DNA of 61,351 nucleotides, the filler included, from Sphacelaria rigidula (Eukaryota), in assembly GCA_964200075.2 (NCBI GenBank). It is 4 parts of 4 records of this genome, joined end to end, with 100 filler letters (N's around TTAATTAATTAA, not from the genome) between each part and the next. Parts side by side here need not be neighbours in the genome. Positions count along the whole stretch, not along the records: positions 46,096 to 61,351 come from CAXNAA020001835.1; 3 more parts are not named here. One strand, given 5' to 3'. Under the pieces are notes generated by a model, which was given only the letters and a program-made list of their open reading frames with translations, did no database searches and was not told where the DNA came from. Position numbers and translations under genes: made by a program. Of this stretch, positions 48,853 through 61,351 are shown in pieces (within the stretch, counting starts at the first letter, position 1; each line of letters opens with the position of its first letter).

Positions 48853-50488
48853 ACTCTCAATCTCACGAAAACATTGTCACTTATGCTCAGCGCTCTGAGG
48901 GTACTGCTGGTAGAAGCCGCTGAAGAAACATCCACTGTATCTAGGGGCATTAGGTCGAGGGAAGATTCACTAGTAAAGTCGGTCACAGCTACTTTTCTTA
49001 GGTTGGGGAAAGCGCTGTTGTGTCGGAGTTGAACCTCATACTTGACGGAAAAACCCTCTTCCGACTCCACATGTTGGATATCAACTCAGTAGCGCTATCA
49101 GGTACGAATCATCCTCAGTTTCGGGTACTGTTTTCTATTTCTTCAACCTCGACCGTTGATTCAGCGATTGATAAAAGTTCTTTGACGAAGAAAAAAATAA
49201 AAAATTCACGTTCATTAGATTTTCGGCAGCCTACTGTACGCTCTCGTGTTTTATTTCTTGACCAAAAAAATAACCCCATTGACCGCCAGCAGCGTAGTTG
49301 ATACGGGGTCCCAGTCTTTCAAGTTCAAATGATGCGGATCAATTAATGAATGGACCTACACGAGACATCGTAGCCATTACGAGCTGGTTCACGGTTATCA
49401 CCCAAAAATGGTGTCATCAGCAAATGTCTTTCGCAATACGCACCCACTAGTCGCATTTATGGTATCATACTGACCGCAATGAAGAGACGAAGAGGGTGAC
49501 ATAGCCGGAATTTCGTTTGAGGCCGTAGCGGTGGCGCTATGGAAGAAAATACATCTCAGCCAATCGACGCCTTTCAAACCGTTCCGAGATCGAAATTACG
49601 AATTCCAAGCCCAAATTTCACCCAATCTCCTCATGCTTCAAATCGTAGTAACCGTCATCGGCTCGGGAATCTAACGAAAAAAATTATATTTGCAAACGGT
49701 TAACTATAATCGAAACCGTGATGTTTCGGTGATGTCGGGTGTTGACGTCGTCTGATTTCCACCAATAATACGCACGAAAAACCCAGGGAGCCTCGTGACG
49801 ATGTCCGCAATAATATCTGTTGCAGAAGATCAGATCGCCCTCATACTTGGCAGTTCTGTAGATATTGATGCTCCAAATCTAGGTAAAAAAATGCGAATTC
49901 GTCGGCAAACTACAAATAATCCGTTTCTAGGCTGGCTCAGTCTCTATATACCCCAATGTTTTTCTAATTTCGGTGGCGACAAGATGCTTTCAGTACCCAT
50001 GCTCGCCATTTGCCCGAAATGTACAGTATATCCGTTCAAGTCCTTTTAATCGCTTGGGTGTGATTTTAGTTGCACCCAGCACTGGGTGGATGACGAACTT
50101 TCCGTTGGTGTCATATACTATATGAGGCTTTTCGTGTCCACAAAAATACACACGCCAGAACATATGTCGCCTGCTCTTGGAGGGGTGTGCATCTTTTTTG
50201 CCGTTGGGCTATTTTTGCTCTAAAATCCAAAATCGGCCCACACGGCGCTTTTTGTTTTGTCCTCATTCCGCGGTGCCATCATAACCCGCTGTCTCACAGC
50301 CCTCAACTCTCCACACAAGGGTATACAGTACTGTACGTCAAGTAAGTTTTCTTGCATAATGCACGGATACATTTTTTTTCCAGTAATATACCGAGTCTTT
50401 GATCCTAGTGTAAACCGTGGCCATCACACTATTTTCAGGGGTCACACGTGTTTCGATCGTGTGATTCTTCGCCGAAGGACCGACCTCA

Positions 50489-50690
50489 GGAGCGGCCTCA
50501 CCTGAATTTTAGACAGAGATTTCACAAATCGGGGCATATAAAGCAAGGTGTGAATTTGAAATAGAAAGTTGATACCCATCCCTTGCCCATCCCTGATTCA
50601 GCGGAGCGGCCTCACCTGAATTTTAGACAGAGATTTCACAAATCGGGGAACAAAAAATAAAGTTCGACTGGAAAATTGATACCCGTCCCC
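50489..50690. repeat. Local duplication with an identical ~46-bp core
   Basis: GGAGCGGCCTCACCTGAATTTTAGACAGAGATTTCACAAATCGGGG at ~50489 and ~50603. Confidence 0.9.
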
Positions 50691-53227
50691 AATGACAGCA
50701 TGACGGGGCCATGGCTCGAGACTTGTTGGAAAGATGTTCAAGAGGGGTGGCTCGTTGGGCCATCGGTATTCATGATTTTTCATCGGCTGGGTATGACACA
50801 GGTATGTAAACGCGAGAAAAATCTCCAATGATTGGATCGAGAACGACCGAGCAAAAACTGAAGAAAATCCAATGGCGGAAACAAAATCCAATCCGAGTCA
50901 ACCTGAATACGCAGCGAGTTTTCCGTGTCACATTACGATGCACCAAAGCCCACATCATCACATCCGACAACTCCCCACACATTGCGACACGCGGATCCAG
51001 CTGTCCCACATAATTCACCAAAACACCTCCTGGGGCAGTTCAACACGTCTTGGGGCACGACGTTGACCGTGGCAGTCATGCCGGCGTGGGGTGACCTGTA
51101 CAGCTTTTGCATCAATTTTCCAGATCTTTTGTGCCGCCGTTGGATTTTTGGGTCGTTTTTCATTGTTGGAAGATTGGAAGGGCCTAATCAATCAGGGCTA
51201 ACACGAGTAAGGCTTTCACCGTTACTGGTTACAACCGGTAGCAGTATGACGACATCAGTCAATCACATGCCCTGACTTTATGCGGAATGTTCAAGCAATG
51301 CGTCGGCGTCGGTACGGTATTTTCTCGAGTTGAATCCATTCGTCGCGATGCGTGTCGGCGATTCTAGGCTACAACAAAATACAAACTACGGCACGTCGCA
51401 ATAAAAGCTATTACACCGCCGTCCACCACATGCCGATTTGATGCACGCAAGTGATGAAAACATCCAAATCTTCTTGGATAGCTGCTTCTTCTGTTGTGAA
51501 TTCGTTTTCGGAAAGTGGCCGTTGGGGAAAGTTGGGAGCCATGGGGCTCGGAAAAGTGGATCAGAATCCTCTCAGCGAGATGCGCACGTATGTCTAGCAA
51601 GGCAGTATAAGAGACAAGTTGAGCGATATTAGCTGTTTTCGAGCTGTCATAATATCCCATCGCACGAAAATCCAATAACGGAGCAGGATGAAGAAAGTTT
51701 TTTTTCGCCCAAGGGCGGCATACTGATAATGTAGGTGAAACTGCGGAGTTTAAAGCACAATACTTGCACGTACTTCCTCTCAAAATGTGATATATGTCAA
51801 AATGTTCGATCCAGATTGGAACTAATGACAAGTGGACATGAAAGAAGGGCTGGAGCCGGGGATAGCTTGAACGAGAATGCTCATTCGGCGGCAGAGAGGA
51901 AACGCGAAATGAACAGGGAAACGCTCTGCGCAGGGATCGAACTGCCGGCTGGGCTTGTCGTGCTGAATCCTGTGACGCATCTTTGAATCCCGTGATCTGC
52001 TGCGTCTCCTATCATCCGAACATCAAGACAAAACACCTGCACAATATGTTCACAGCAACATGCACGTCGGACGATTGCAGCTCATTAGTTTCCAGAGAGG
52101 GGGTATATGACTCCAATCTGCACATTTTTCTATCTATTTCAGCACTTTTGTAGTTGTAGTGGATCGCGGTCAGAAACAAGATAAAATCCAGAGATGTTGA
52201 CTGTTGAGCCGAGTCTCTAGAGGAAGGTTCTACGGAAATATCCAACGTCAAAGAAAGGTGGGATGACGAACGGATAAGATATCTCTGTGTCAAGAAGGTG
52301 ATGGGTTCATGAGCATCGGCGGTCACCTGGACACAGCAGTAGCCTACAAGAGAGAGGCGCCCCATTGCAATGCTGTATGGCATCTTACTGTTCGGCGACC
52401 GATGAACCGACCTCCCCGTACCGATGCTACACAGTACAGTGCAAATGGTGCAATATTTTTAGTGTAGTACTTGGTAATGAGTGCAGCTTGCTGCGCATCC
52501 GAAAAATACGTGAAATAGTATGGGTTTCGGTTATGCATGCATGACACATTAATTTTACATCCAAATCCACGAAAGAGTCAAAAAAGAAGAAGAAATAGTC
52601 ATCACCCAACTTTCTCTAGACGAACAGAATTTTTAATTTCGCATACGCATATAAAAAGAACAGAACCCTGCAACCACCAGCATACGAAAAAGGAGAAGCC
52701 TTCAACCTCGTGGTCCACGTCTATCGTGAACAGCACGAGGAGAAACGAAGCAGCTGGCTTCCCAACAGGGTCGAAAAGGTGCGTGGACGGGTGTGCTCAC
52801 TATAGGGACAGCGTTTGGGTCGGGTTACAGCCGCCCCATTTGCACATAATAAAGCCGTTGAAAAATCAGTACAATCAGGCAGGGCAGCCCTATTTTCAAA
52901 TTTTTGTCGGTGGACAGCCTCCCGCCAAAATCACCACCCCAAACCCCAGAGGCAGCAGGACACTGACACAACAGCGGGTGCAAGGGCAGATCACCTAAAT
53001 ATTTTTCTGCACCTCTTACCCCACCCCCCCGCCCCGCGTGTTTCGGACTTCGACTTGCAGTAACGGTGTCGGAGGCTACGGTGGTGACTATTGCGCATTC
53101 GGCTGACAGTACAGTGCACTACGGGCAGGACCGTGTCACACTGCATACAGTCGGTGGGGGTCCGGTGCACAACAAAAACAAGAAACAAGTTATTTTTACT
53201 GGGATTTAGGGTAACAAAGTTGGGTCT

Positions 53228-56200
53228 ATGCCTAGGCGCACCAGCTACAGGCTCCGAGGGGGGGCGACGCCAGGCGCGGCTGGTGGCAGCAACAACCCAC
53301 CAGATGGCGAAACTGGTGGAAGCGACGACCACGCCGTGCTCTGCCCGCCTCTACCGGCCTCCCCTGGCAAGCGCAAGGCCCGTAGCCCTGTGGAGGAAAT
53401 GATGGATGATCATGGGGGATTATCGGCCCCCAGCTCCACCGTGAGATGCTCCTCTTTGGCATTCCAGTCTCCCAAGAAGAAACCTTCGGCAGACAGGGGT
53501 GCCGCCGCCGCCGGTGTCCTGGACCGGCTCAATGCAGCCCCCCTACACAAGGAAAGTGATTTGGCCGCCGGCTGTGGTTCTAGCATCAGCGGTGCCGCAC
53601 TTACCGCTCCGTTTGCATTCGGGCACACGGGGCACAGCAACAGCACCAGCGGTTTTCTGCACAGCGGGGCAGGTGGTGGCTCTTTTCGTCTGTCTGCCTT
53701 TAGCGCCTTCAGTAGCAGCAGCAGCAGCAGCAGCAGTAGCACCATCAGTAGCAGAGACATTGTGAGGAGGAGGACACGGGAGGAATGTCCTACGCCTGGA
53801 CGAGGCCCTGCGCCTGCCGCGACCGCGGTCAACCATGCATCGTCCCCGAGCAACCACCTTCAGTTTCATCGTGCTCATTCCGGTGGCGGAGACATGGCGA
53901 AACCCACTCCGTTGCCATTTTTGCTGCCCCCTGCAAACATCACCAGCTCCCCGGACTTGGGGAACAAGACAGGCTCGCGACGGGCGCGGCGCACTTGCAG
54001 GATCACGCGCAGCCGGGACAGCGGTACCAGCAGTAACAACGGGAGTCCGTCCCCTGCTCTGACGCCCGCGGCGAGGTCCATGCCTTGGAGAGGTACGGCA
54101 AGAACAGCAGCGACCGGCCGGGCCGAAACCGCGGATTTCACTCCAATCGCGTCGCGGGGAAGGTCTTTATCAGGAACCGGCTGCGCCGCCGCCGGTGGCC
54201 GCCGTGCAGCGACCAGCGCAACCACAGCGTCGCCTGCGTGCGCTGCTAGCCCTCCGCCGGGAGAAAAATCGAGCGGTGGCGGACCGGCCGGGGCATGCCG
54301 GAGCGGCGGGGGCGGGTGTGATTCTGAGACGGACCAGTCTCCCACGTGTAGATCTCCCATACGGTCTCCTGTACATCGCCTCACGGAATCACTCCAGAAG
54401 TGGGCTCCCGGGAGTAGGTACAAAAGCATCCGTGATGATGCCGATGCAGTTTCGACGGCGGTGGAAGCGCCCGTGGCGACAAAAAGTGGTCAAAAGGACA
54501 GGAGAAGGCACAACGACAGCGCGAGATCGTGTGTTGCTGGTGCCGCTTCCACTTCTGCTTCATCAAAAATAGCAATCGCAACGACAGCGGCGTTAACAGG
54601 AGGAACCGGACGCGACGTTTGCGCGGGGGTAGTCGCCAGCAGCTGGAGTGGACAAGAGCTGAGGCGTACTCTCGAGCAGGAGAGCGTGTCCTCGGCCGTG
54701 GCGGGGGACGTTTGCCAGGGTCACCGACGCGCGCGCGCGCACACGGAAGAGGTGATGTTCCCGCACGACAGGTTCCAGGATTCGCCGGCCTACTCCCCCA
54801 TCTCGCCCGCTTCTAGCGTGGGATCGATCAACCTCGCCGGTGCCGAAGACAGGGCTGGAGATGGGATCCGCGGGTTCGCGTTTGGAGCCAGCAGCGGTGA
54901 AGGCGGCGGCGCGACGCCTGCGAGTGCCGGACGCCCATGGCGGTCGTCTCCATCTAGGGCAAGCAGGAGTGGCGGGGGAATGAGGCACACTGCTGACTCC
55001 GGGCGCAGCCGCGTTGGAGCGGGCACGGCGGAGCGTTTCGCAATGGTCAGGATGCAAGGCTCGTGGTCAGATGATGAAGACGTTAGCGGAGACGGGGGTT
55101 CGTCGGCGACAGTCATGCGCCTCGCTTTTTCGCCCGGTGGCGGTGGTGGAAGGGAGGCAGAGGCGCCGTCAACGGCGGCAGTACCTGGTACAAGAACACA
55201 ATCTGGCGCTGGTGGCTCGGGAGCTGGAGTGGAGGCGGTTGCGCCCGCGGTGGCGGCAACTGCCCTCCCGCCACCGGCGTGGGAAAGTCCGCTGTCACCC
55301 ATGAAGGGAAAACGTCCGGGTGTACCCAGTGTGTTCGCAAGAGGGGCGGGTGCGGGCGCAGCGGCGCGGGTAGCGAAGGGAACTGCGAGCGAATTGGCGC
55401 GTAGCCCGGGTTCCTCCCTGGGTTCACCAATGCCGTCGAGGATCGCGAGGAGGGGCTTGTTGCGCTCCGAATCGCCGGAGGATCACTCACTCCAGTCGGT
55501 GCGTGATCTAATGGACGAGGGCACCGACGAGGAAGATGAGGGCGGTGACGGACACGGCGGTGGCGGCCGCTTGTTTAGGCGGCGGCGGCGGCGACAGCTG
55601 CCGGGGCTGGGTCTGCGAGCGTTGGAAATGCCGGATGCCTCAGCAGACCTCACTGTCGTGGATGGAGAGGGCGAGGAAGGTAGGACAGGAGAAGGAACGT
55701 CGACGTCTTGCGGAGGATCCATGATGATGATGACCATGGACGACGATGAGGTTACCATCACGACAACAGACAACGCCGCCGCCGCCACGACCTCACCACC
55801 GTGCCAAAACACACCAAATCCTCTATCATCTCCAGCCGCCCCGGACGGTGGCGCCTGCGACAGCAGCAAGTGGTCGCTGAGTAATACTGGAGGTGGAATA
55901 GGAGGGGCGCTGGACAACAGCAGCTGTCCGACCACTTGCGGGCGGTGGGAGTACCAGGACGCGAGCGGCGACGGCGGTGGTGCTCCCGGGCCGCTTGAGT
56001 CTACGCGAATAGATGCGGACGAGGGTCCCTCAACGCTGGAAGAGACTTGGACACGCAACCGGGAAGATAAAGGTAAGAATAGTGCCACGGACGGCGGCGA
56101 GGGAAAGCGTGTTTGGGCACCGTCCACGGAGGGCTTCGGGACCAGCAGTAGCCCTGAGGGAGGACGGGATGTGACGCAGGTGTCGGACAGCAGCAACACG

Positions 56201-56317
56201 AGTACTAATAGCGCAGCGGCGTTGGGGATTGACGGCGTCAGCGGATTGAGTGGAGCGGACACGTCGGGAGCGTCTGACACGTCTACTTCGTTCAAGTCTC
56301 GTCCTATTCCGGACCAG
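53228..56317 (+). CDS. WEE1: WEE1/MYT1-family kinase, exon 1 (1,030 codons, low-complexity S/G/A/R-rich regulatory region)
   Basis: ATG at 53228, uninterrupted ORF, CAG|GTGAAT donor after RPIPDQ, phase 0 into exon 2; many S/T-P sites. Confidence 0.8.
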
Positions 56318-56717
56318 GTGAATGATGGATGGAAGGGCGACATCGTATTTCAACACCCAACACCGATTATTGGCTTGGTTTTCGTTTTTTGTGTGCAGAG
56401 GGCCTTCGTCGCAGAGTTATTTTCTGTTGATGCTAGCTCTTGTTGTCTTGTAAGCATCCGCAAATTCAACAGAGGTGAATATTGCCAGGATATCCTAAGC
56501 TTGGACACATTTGGAGCGTAATGTAATTTAGTGGAGAAGTTCCAAACCCTTAACTGAAACCATTTTCCCCCTCGACATGGTACACAGATTGTTATCGGTC
56601 GTTCTTCGTAGCGCGCTTACACCCTTTCCCCTTTGCTCGTGTCCCCTCGGCCTCCGCAACTCGTCTGTCCACCGCTCTTCCTCTCTTTTTCCTCCACTCC
56701 CTACTCCGCCCCTACAG

Positions 56718-57794
56718 TCAGCGTTTTCCTCCACAAGAATAAGCAGGGGCGGCGCAGGCGCCCCGCTCTCTCCGCAAGCCGGCGGTGGCCCGGCTATCGG
56801 CCCCGGCCCCCTGTGCGTCACGCCACGGAAGTCGGTGATGCGATGCCCTCCAACCCCGCAGCGAACGCCGACGTGGGACGGCTTGGAAGATAGCCTGCTA
56901 TTGGAAGGCGCGGGAAGTGGTGGCCGTAGTGGTCGCGTGGGCCTCGGCGGTGCTGGCGATGGCGTTTGTGGTTCGGGTGGTGAATCCGGTGGAAGCGTTC
57001 GGCGGTCCCTGCGCTCGCATAGCAAGTTGCGAGGGAGCAGCGGCAGCGGCGACAAGCATATCGGAAGAGGAGGAGGTGCAGGTTTCGGTGACGGCATTGT
57101 AATCGACACCGGGCTCGCGAACACGTCGGAGTTTTGCTCTCTGTTGGCAGAAGCGGCCGACGAAAAGCATCCTGGAGCTGGAAGAGTCTTTACGAGAAGC
57201 GGTGGCGGGTTGGTCGCAGAGGTTAACGAAGGATCTGGTACGTCATCCCGCAATCATGGGAGTGCCAGAACAGTTGGGCAGGGTTCTTCAAGAGCCCGTG
57301 GGGGTAGGCGAAGAGTAATCGCCGCCGCTGCCGCCAGGAGCGGAGGCGACGACAATGGCAGCGGCAGTGGCGGCGGCATCGGTAATGGTGGCGGTACCGG
57401 CATCGCAGCAGGTAGCACGGAAAGCACCTCCAAGCGCGGTGGTCTGTCGACTCGAAGGGCTGGCGAAACAGCGGCCTCAGGTGCTCGCGGCGAAGACAAG
57501 CTCGGTTTCAAGAACGATTTCGTGCAGATGGGGCCTATCGGCGAGGGCGGCTTCTCTGTTGTGTGGAAGGTCAGGGCGAAGGGTACCGGACGGCTGTACG
57601 CCATCAAGCGTAGCAAGAGGGAATTTCGCGGGAAGCGAGACCGCGACCGGTGCCTGCTGGAGGCGCGAGCGCTGCACCGACTCGGCGAGCACCCGGGAGT
57701 GCTACGGTTTGAGCGCGCGTGGCAAGAGGAGGGGCATTTTTGTCTGCAGACGGAGCTGTGCGAGCTTGGAACGCTCAAAGATTTCCTCGAGCGG
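56718..57794 (+). CDS. WEE1: WEE1/MYT1-family kinase, exon 2 (kinase subdomains I-V)
   Basis: Pyrimidine tract and CAG acceptor; CPPTPQRTPTW; IGEGGFSVVWKV, YAIKRSKREFRG, AWQEEGHFCLQTELC; GTGAGA donor. Confidence 0.92.
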
Positions 57795-58879
57795 GTGAGA
57801 TTTTTTATTCCATGTTTTTTGCGGAGTGCGGTACAGGGTGTCGTTTGGGCGCTGTGGAAAGACTTGAGGAGTCGGAACGGAGTCGACTTTTGATCTGTTG
57901 GGCTGATAGGGCGTTATTTGGAGAGGGGGGGGGTTGTCTCCCTCAGGGTATTCATCCATCACTTGTCAGCTTCGTAATCTTTTTTGTACGTAGTCCGAGT
58001 GCGTGTTGCTCGATATAATTGGTTCCTGCTTTTTGGTTGTTTTTTTGCCTCATGTTCTGTTGCAATGTACGGCACGGGTTAGGGTGCGCAAGAAGTGATC
58101 CATCTTGTTTTTAACCACTTTTGTTTTACTGGGTCTGCCTTATTTTCTCCTCGCCTTTGCGCCAGTTTTGTTGATCGTCTCGTATTCCCGCGGGGCTTGA
58201 AAAAAGTACGCATTTAGCCGCAAGGCGACTTTCCTCTTGGATTATCGAGTACCCTGTTGGGGAGGTTACTGTGCTGGGGTTGTATCGTTTGAATTCTGAG
58301 GGTGACAATGCGCCGCTGAACAGGCACGTGCTAACCGCCGATCGGAGACGATGAAGTGACCCTCTCAATGATGAAAATTCATACGCTATCTTCACAGGAC
58401 TTATATCTGTGCACTGCAATAGCCGGCAATAGTTGTCACAAATTTCGGAACGAGTCGGCTGCACAAGCGCACGCGGTTTCCCTCACTAACTCACCATCAT
58501 GGTGGATCTCCGTACCATGTATGTACTGTAGGTCGTACAGTCGTTTTTTATTGTGGTGAGCTTTGCAGAGCCTCGTGGCAGGTGAGTAGACGTCCTGACT
58601 GCCCCTTGCCACCACAGCGTGTTTTTGTGCGTCTATGAAAAAATAGAAGCTTGAAGTGGTATTTGCTCCAAATTTTAGTGACGAGAATTGTGTGCGTGTG
58701 TTTTCAAGGTCATAGGCCCCACGACTTTCTATGTATCGCTCCTCCGACTATTACTGCATTTAATTACTTTTTGTTTGCAATCCCCTTCGCATCCCCCTCC
58801 CCTCCCCCGCGCGCGCGCTTTACCCACAAATGCTATTTCGTCTCTCTGACGCCTGTTTTTCACCCGCCGAACGGAACAG

Positions 58880-59018
58880 CTTCCGACGAGGTGGGAAATA
58901 CCGGAACCGGCGGTTTGGCAAGTTTTGCACGATGTCGGACAGGCGTTACGGCACGTACACGCCACGCAACTGGTGCACCTGGACGTGAAGCCGGCGAATC
59001 TCCTCATCGGAGACGAAG
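58880..59018 (+). CDS. WEE1: WEE1/MYT1-family kinase, exon 3 (LPTRWEIPEPAVWQVLHDVGQALRHVHATQLVHLDVKPANLLIGDE)
   Basis: CAG acceptor, 139 nt, phase 0-1; catalytic loop HLDVKPAN. Confidence 0.93.
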
Positions 59019-59440
59019 GTGATGATGGTTGGTGATGTACTTGACGCACGAGATGAAGAATATTTCGGTCATGTGTTTGGATCTTGATGAAGATATACGC
59101 GGAACGTGGTGGTATTGTAGGGTATATCCTGGGTATATATATATATATATATATATTTGACAACACCACCATGCTGCAGGGGAGGCAAGCGTTTTTTTTT
59201 TTCTTACTTTGTTTTGACGGACGAAAGATCAAGCATTGTTGGGTGGGGTCGCTTGTTGCTCCTCGGGTGCATCGGAAAGAATTAAATGTTTCGAAAAAAA
59301 AAAAATGATGGAACAGTCGGAATATCCGGGTATTTTATGAGGCCATGCTACTGCAGAAATATCATCAGACGTCTGTCTCTATGATTCGTCGAGCACGAAA
59401 CAACATGTTCGTGTTTCTGTTGTTTTCCCTTTTTGAACAG

Positions 59441-59591
59441 GTGGTCGATTGAAGCTCGCAGATTTCGGCATGGCGACGGGCTACGGCGAAGGGGCGGAAG
59501 GTTCGGGAGATTGCCAAGAGGGCGACACTCTGTACATGGCTAAGGAGCTACTATCCTCCACCGAACGTCTCCCTTCTGCGGACATGTTTAG
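59441..59591 (+). CDS. WEE1: WEE1/MYT1-family kinase, exon 4 (GGRLKLADFGMATG...QEGDTLYMAKELL...ADMFS); gene continues beyond the window
   Basis: CAG acceptor, 151 nt, phase 1-2; DFG and the Wee-family EGD motif; GTGCGT donor. Confidence 0.93.
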
Positions 59592-60797
59592 GTGCGTGAG
59601 GGTTACACCTCTGTATTCTGACATTTAATCGTGACATCAGCCATACTATTTTTGGAGACCCGCGGTCGAATCGGTTTTTCCCCAGGCAAACATGCTCGAA
59701 TAACATCGCTTTTTTGGTGGGCGGTACGTCGTGTGTCGTGTGGATGGTGCTCTCCCAACGCTGATGAAAGCACACGATGAATTTGACGAGATCAACCGAG
59801 CAACAGCCTATGCATAGAGCAGAAAGGAAGCCATCAAATACCCAGAGTGGAGGGCAATATTATTACACCACGTGTTACTGGTTGGAAAACACACCAAAAT
59901 ACCCTATCCATGACTATCGGAGATACGCAGAAGACATGCAAATATGTGAAAAACTGACTTGCTCCGCCGGGACCATGAAGGTGCCCATGGAGCGGGTGTT
60001 TGATCGGCTACCCTAGTGACTTTCGTGTTTCGTGCTTCGCTGTTTGCGCCACTTGTGCAGACAAATCACATCACATAGGCTAGCGTTGTTTTCTCGCAAG
60101 TTGTCCTCTTCTGCCCAGCTGTTGTTGTTGTTGATGATGATGATGATGATGTTGGCGTGCTGCCGTCGTCACAATCGTGAAGTGTTTTGATGCAAAAATC
60201 ACATCCAAGAGATTCAATCAGATGTCATGACGGGCCTTGGACAGGACCTGAGATCGTAAAGTGCGTGTTTTATTGAGAGCGGCTTCGGCGAGTTGTCGTT
60301 TTTCCTAAAGTAGCGTTTTTTTTTGCATTGCGCGTGGGTGCGTGTACATTGATTGTCGCCCCAACTGATATAGCAGGGATCCCGCAGTGGTCGGTTACAT
60401 GATGGACGTACTCGGGATATAAATACAAAATGAATATGTACAGTAAATAGCAAAACATCTCATTCGAACTCTCTCGGGACCAACATCAACATCAACATAG
60501 CACGAGTACACACACACACCGCTCAGACATCATCTTCGCATGAACACCCACATCATGTGTGACATGAGATCCCGAGGTCTTGTAAAACAAACCCATCATC
60601 GCATGATCACTCCTGCGCACAGCACGCCAAATGGCACTCTGCAGCAGTAGAGTATACCACTTGTGATGGTGAGAAATTTCTCAGATAGTTCGACTTTATT
60701 TCAGTGTTGATGGCGAAAATCCGGATTTTGAATGGGGCTATGCTCCAGGTGTGCTCCTAGCTTGCGCAGAACGCGTTTTGGTCGAGATCGGCGCCAG

Positions 60798-60880
60798 GGG
60801 CGCCGATTTGAGGTCTGGCAACGCACCCCCTTGCCCGAGGGTTCTCGGTGTGCCTTCGTTGGGGTTAGGGTTAGTGTCGG
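60798..60880. repeat. Copy of the 21924-22040 repeat with GGGTTAGGGTTAG
   Basis: Direct sequence match; overlaps the small palindrome ATCGGCGCC-AGG-GGCGCCGAT at 60787-60807. Confidence 0.8.
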
Positions 60881-61168
60881 TGTTGAAGCTTGTTCGAACT
60901 TTAGTTTCTCAGAAGTTTCTCACCATCCCATGTGGTGAACTGACCTCCTCTGCAGATAAGACAGAGAACAGTTTACCATCTCCAGAGTTTTTTTTCCCGA
61001 AATTTGGATTTTCATTCAGGATTTGAGTAGCCTCAAGCGTTCCTGTATACTTCCTGGACCCGGGGATAACTTCCGCCATTGTGCCGCAGCGTCCTCCGTA
61101 ACGCGTTCGGCTCTACTACTACCTGTGTGGTTCCTCTGGGCAAGAAGTAGCGCAAAACACTCCACCAT

Positions 61169-61230
61169 CCGTCTCGAAAGGGATGCGTGGTCAATGGTCA
61201 AATGACTAAGGCAAGCAACAAATGAGTACG
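61169..61230 (+). mobile_element. LINE 3' stub (family 1) followed by C11
   Basis: CCGTCTCGAAAGGGATGCGTGGTCAATGG..AAGCAAC.AATGAGTACG matches 29796-29857. Confidence 0.85.
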
Positions 61231-61351
61231 CCCCCCCCCCCTGCCCTTTCCCCCATCACGGGATTTGTGTCAGGTTGTCAGGTACAACACTTGCGAAACG
61301 AACCCCTCGACTAGAAGATGACCCACCAAATATTTTTACACCCTGTTACCC

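Noticed and set aside
54017-54034. DSGxxS beta-TrCP degron as a stand-alone claim
   Set aside because: Easily arises by chance in an S/G-rich 1,000-aa region; no conservation evidence is available.
56318-56717. ORF-track extensions of the 1097-aa and 438-aa ORFs
   Set aside because: These are read-through into intron 1 of the kinase; splice sites and composition mark it as intronic.
53410-57778. Long antisense ORFs over the kinase
   Set aside because: Shadows of a GC-rich coding strand with no independent motifs.

Overview
Eukaryotic, intron-rich, repeat-rich DNA that looks like a brown alga (Phaeophyceae). This is inferred from multi-kb introns, a 72-nt phase-1 LRR exon and the repeat families. 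The window is not one locus: three identical 100-bp spacers (44N-TTAATTAATTAA-44N) join four scaffolds of decreasing length (A 1-15268, B 15369-30634, C 30735-45995, D 46096-61351), so adjacency across spacers is meaningless. A: the last four exons of a minus-strand aldo/keto reductase (plant At2g27680/RSP5-like type), with a GC-AG intron and a 7.2-kb intron of nested hAT/TIR elements. B: no intact host gene. It holds four fold-back (inverted) duplications built from a kinase exon, a Copia protease, a Gypsy-like gag 5' end and a CAG/CTG-rich repeat, plus a solo LTR, a gag-pro remnant and a LINE 3' end. C: two LRR exons 8 kb apart among TE debris. D: a WEE1/MYT1-family kinase with a 3,090-nt first exon, 3'-truncated. 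The most novel-looking signals are (i) two related LINE families with no poly(A) tail or 3' UTR whose target-site duplications begin with a C-run, suggesting poly(C)-targeted insertion, and (ii) the fold-back cluster in B, which could yield silencing hairpin RNAs. Most ORFs in the track are spurious. All alignments were read by eye, so identities are approximate.
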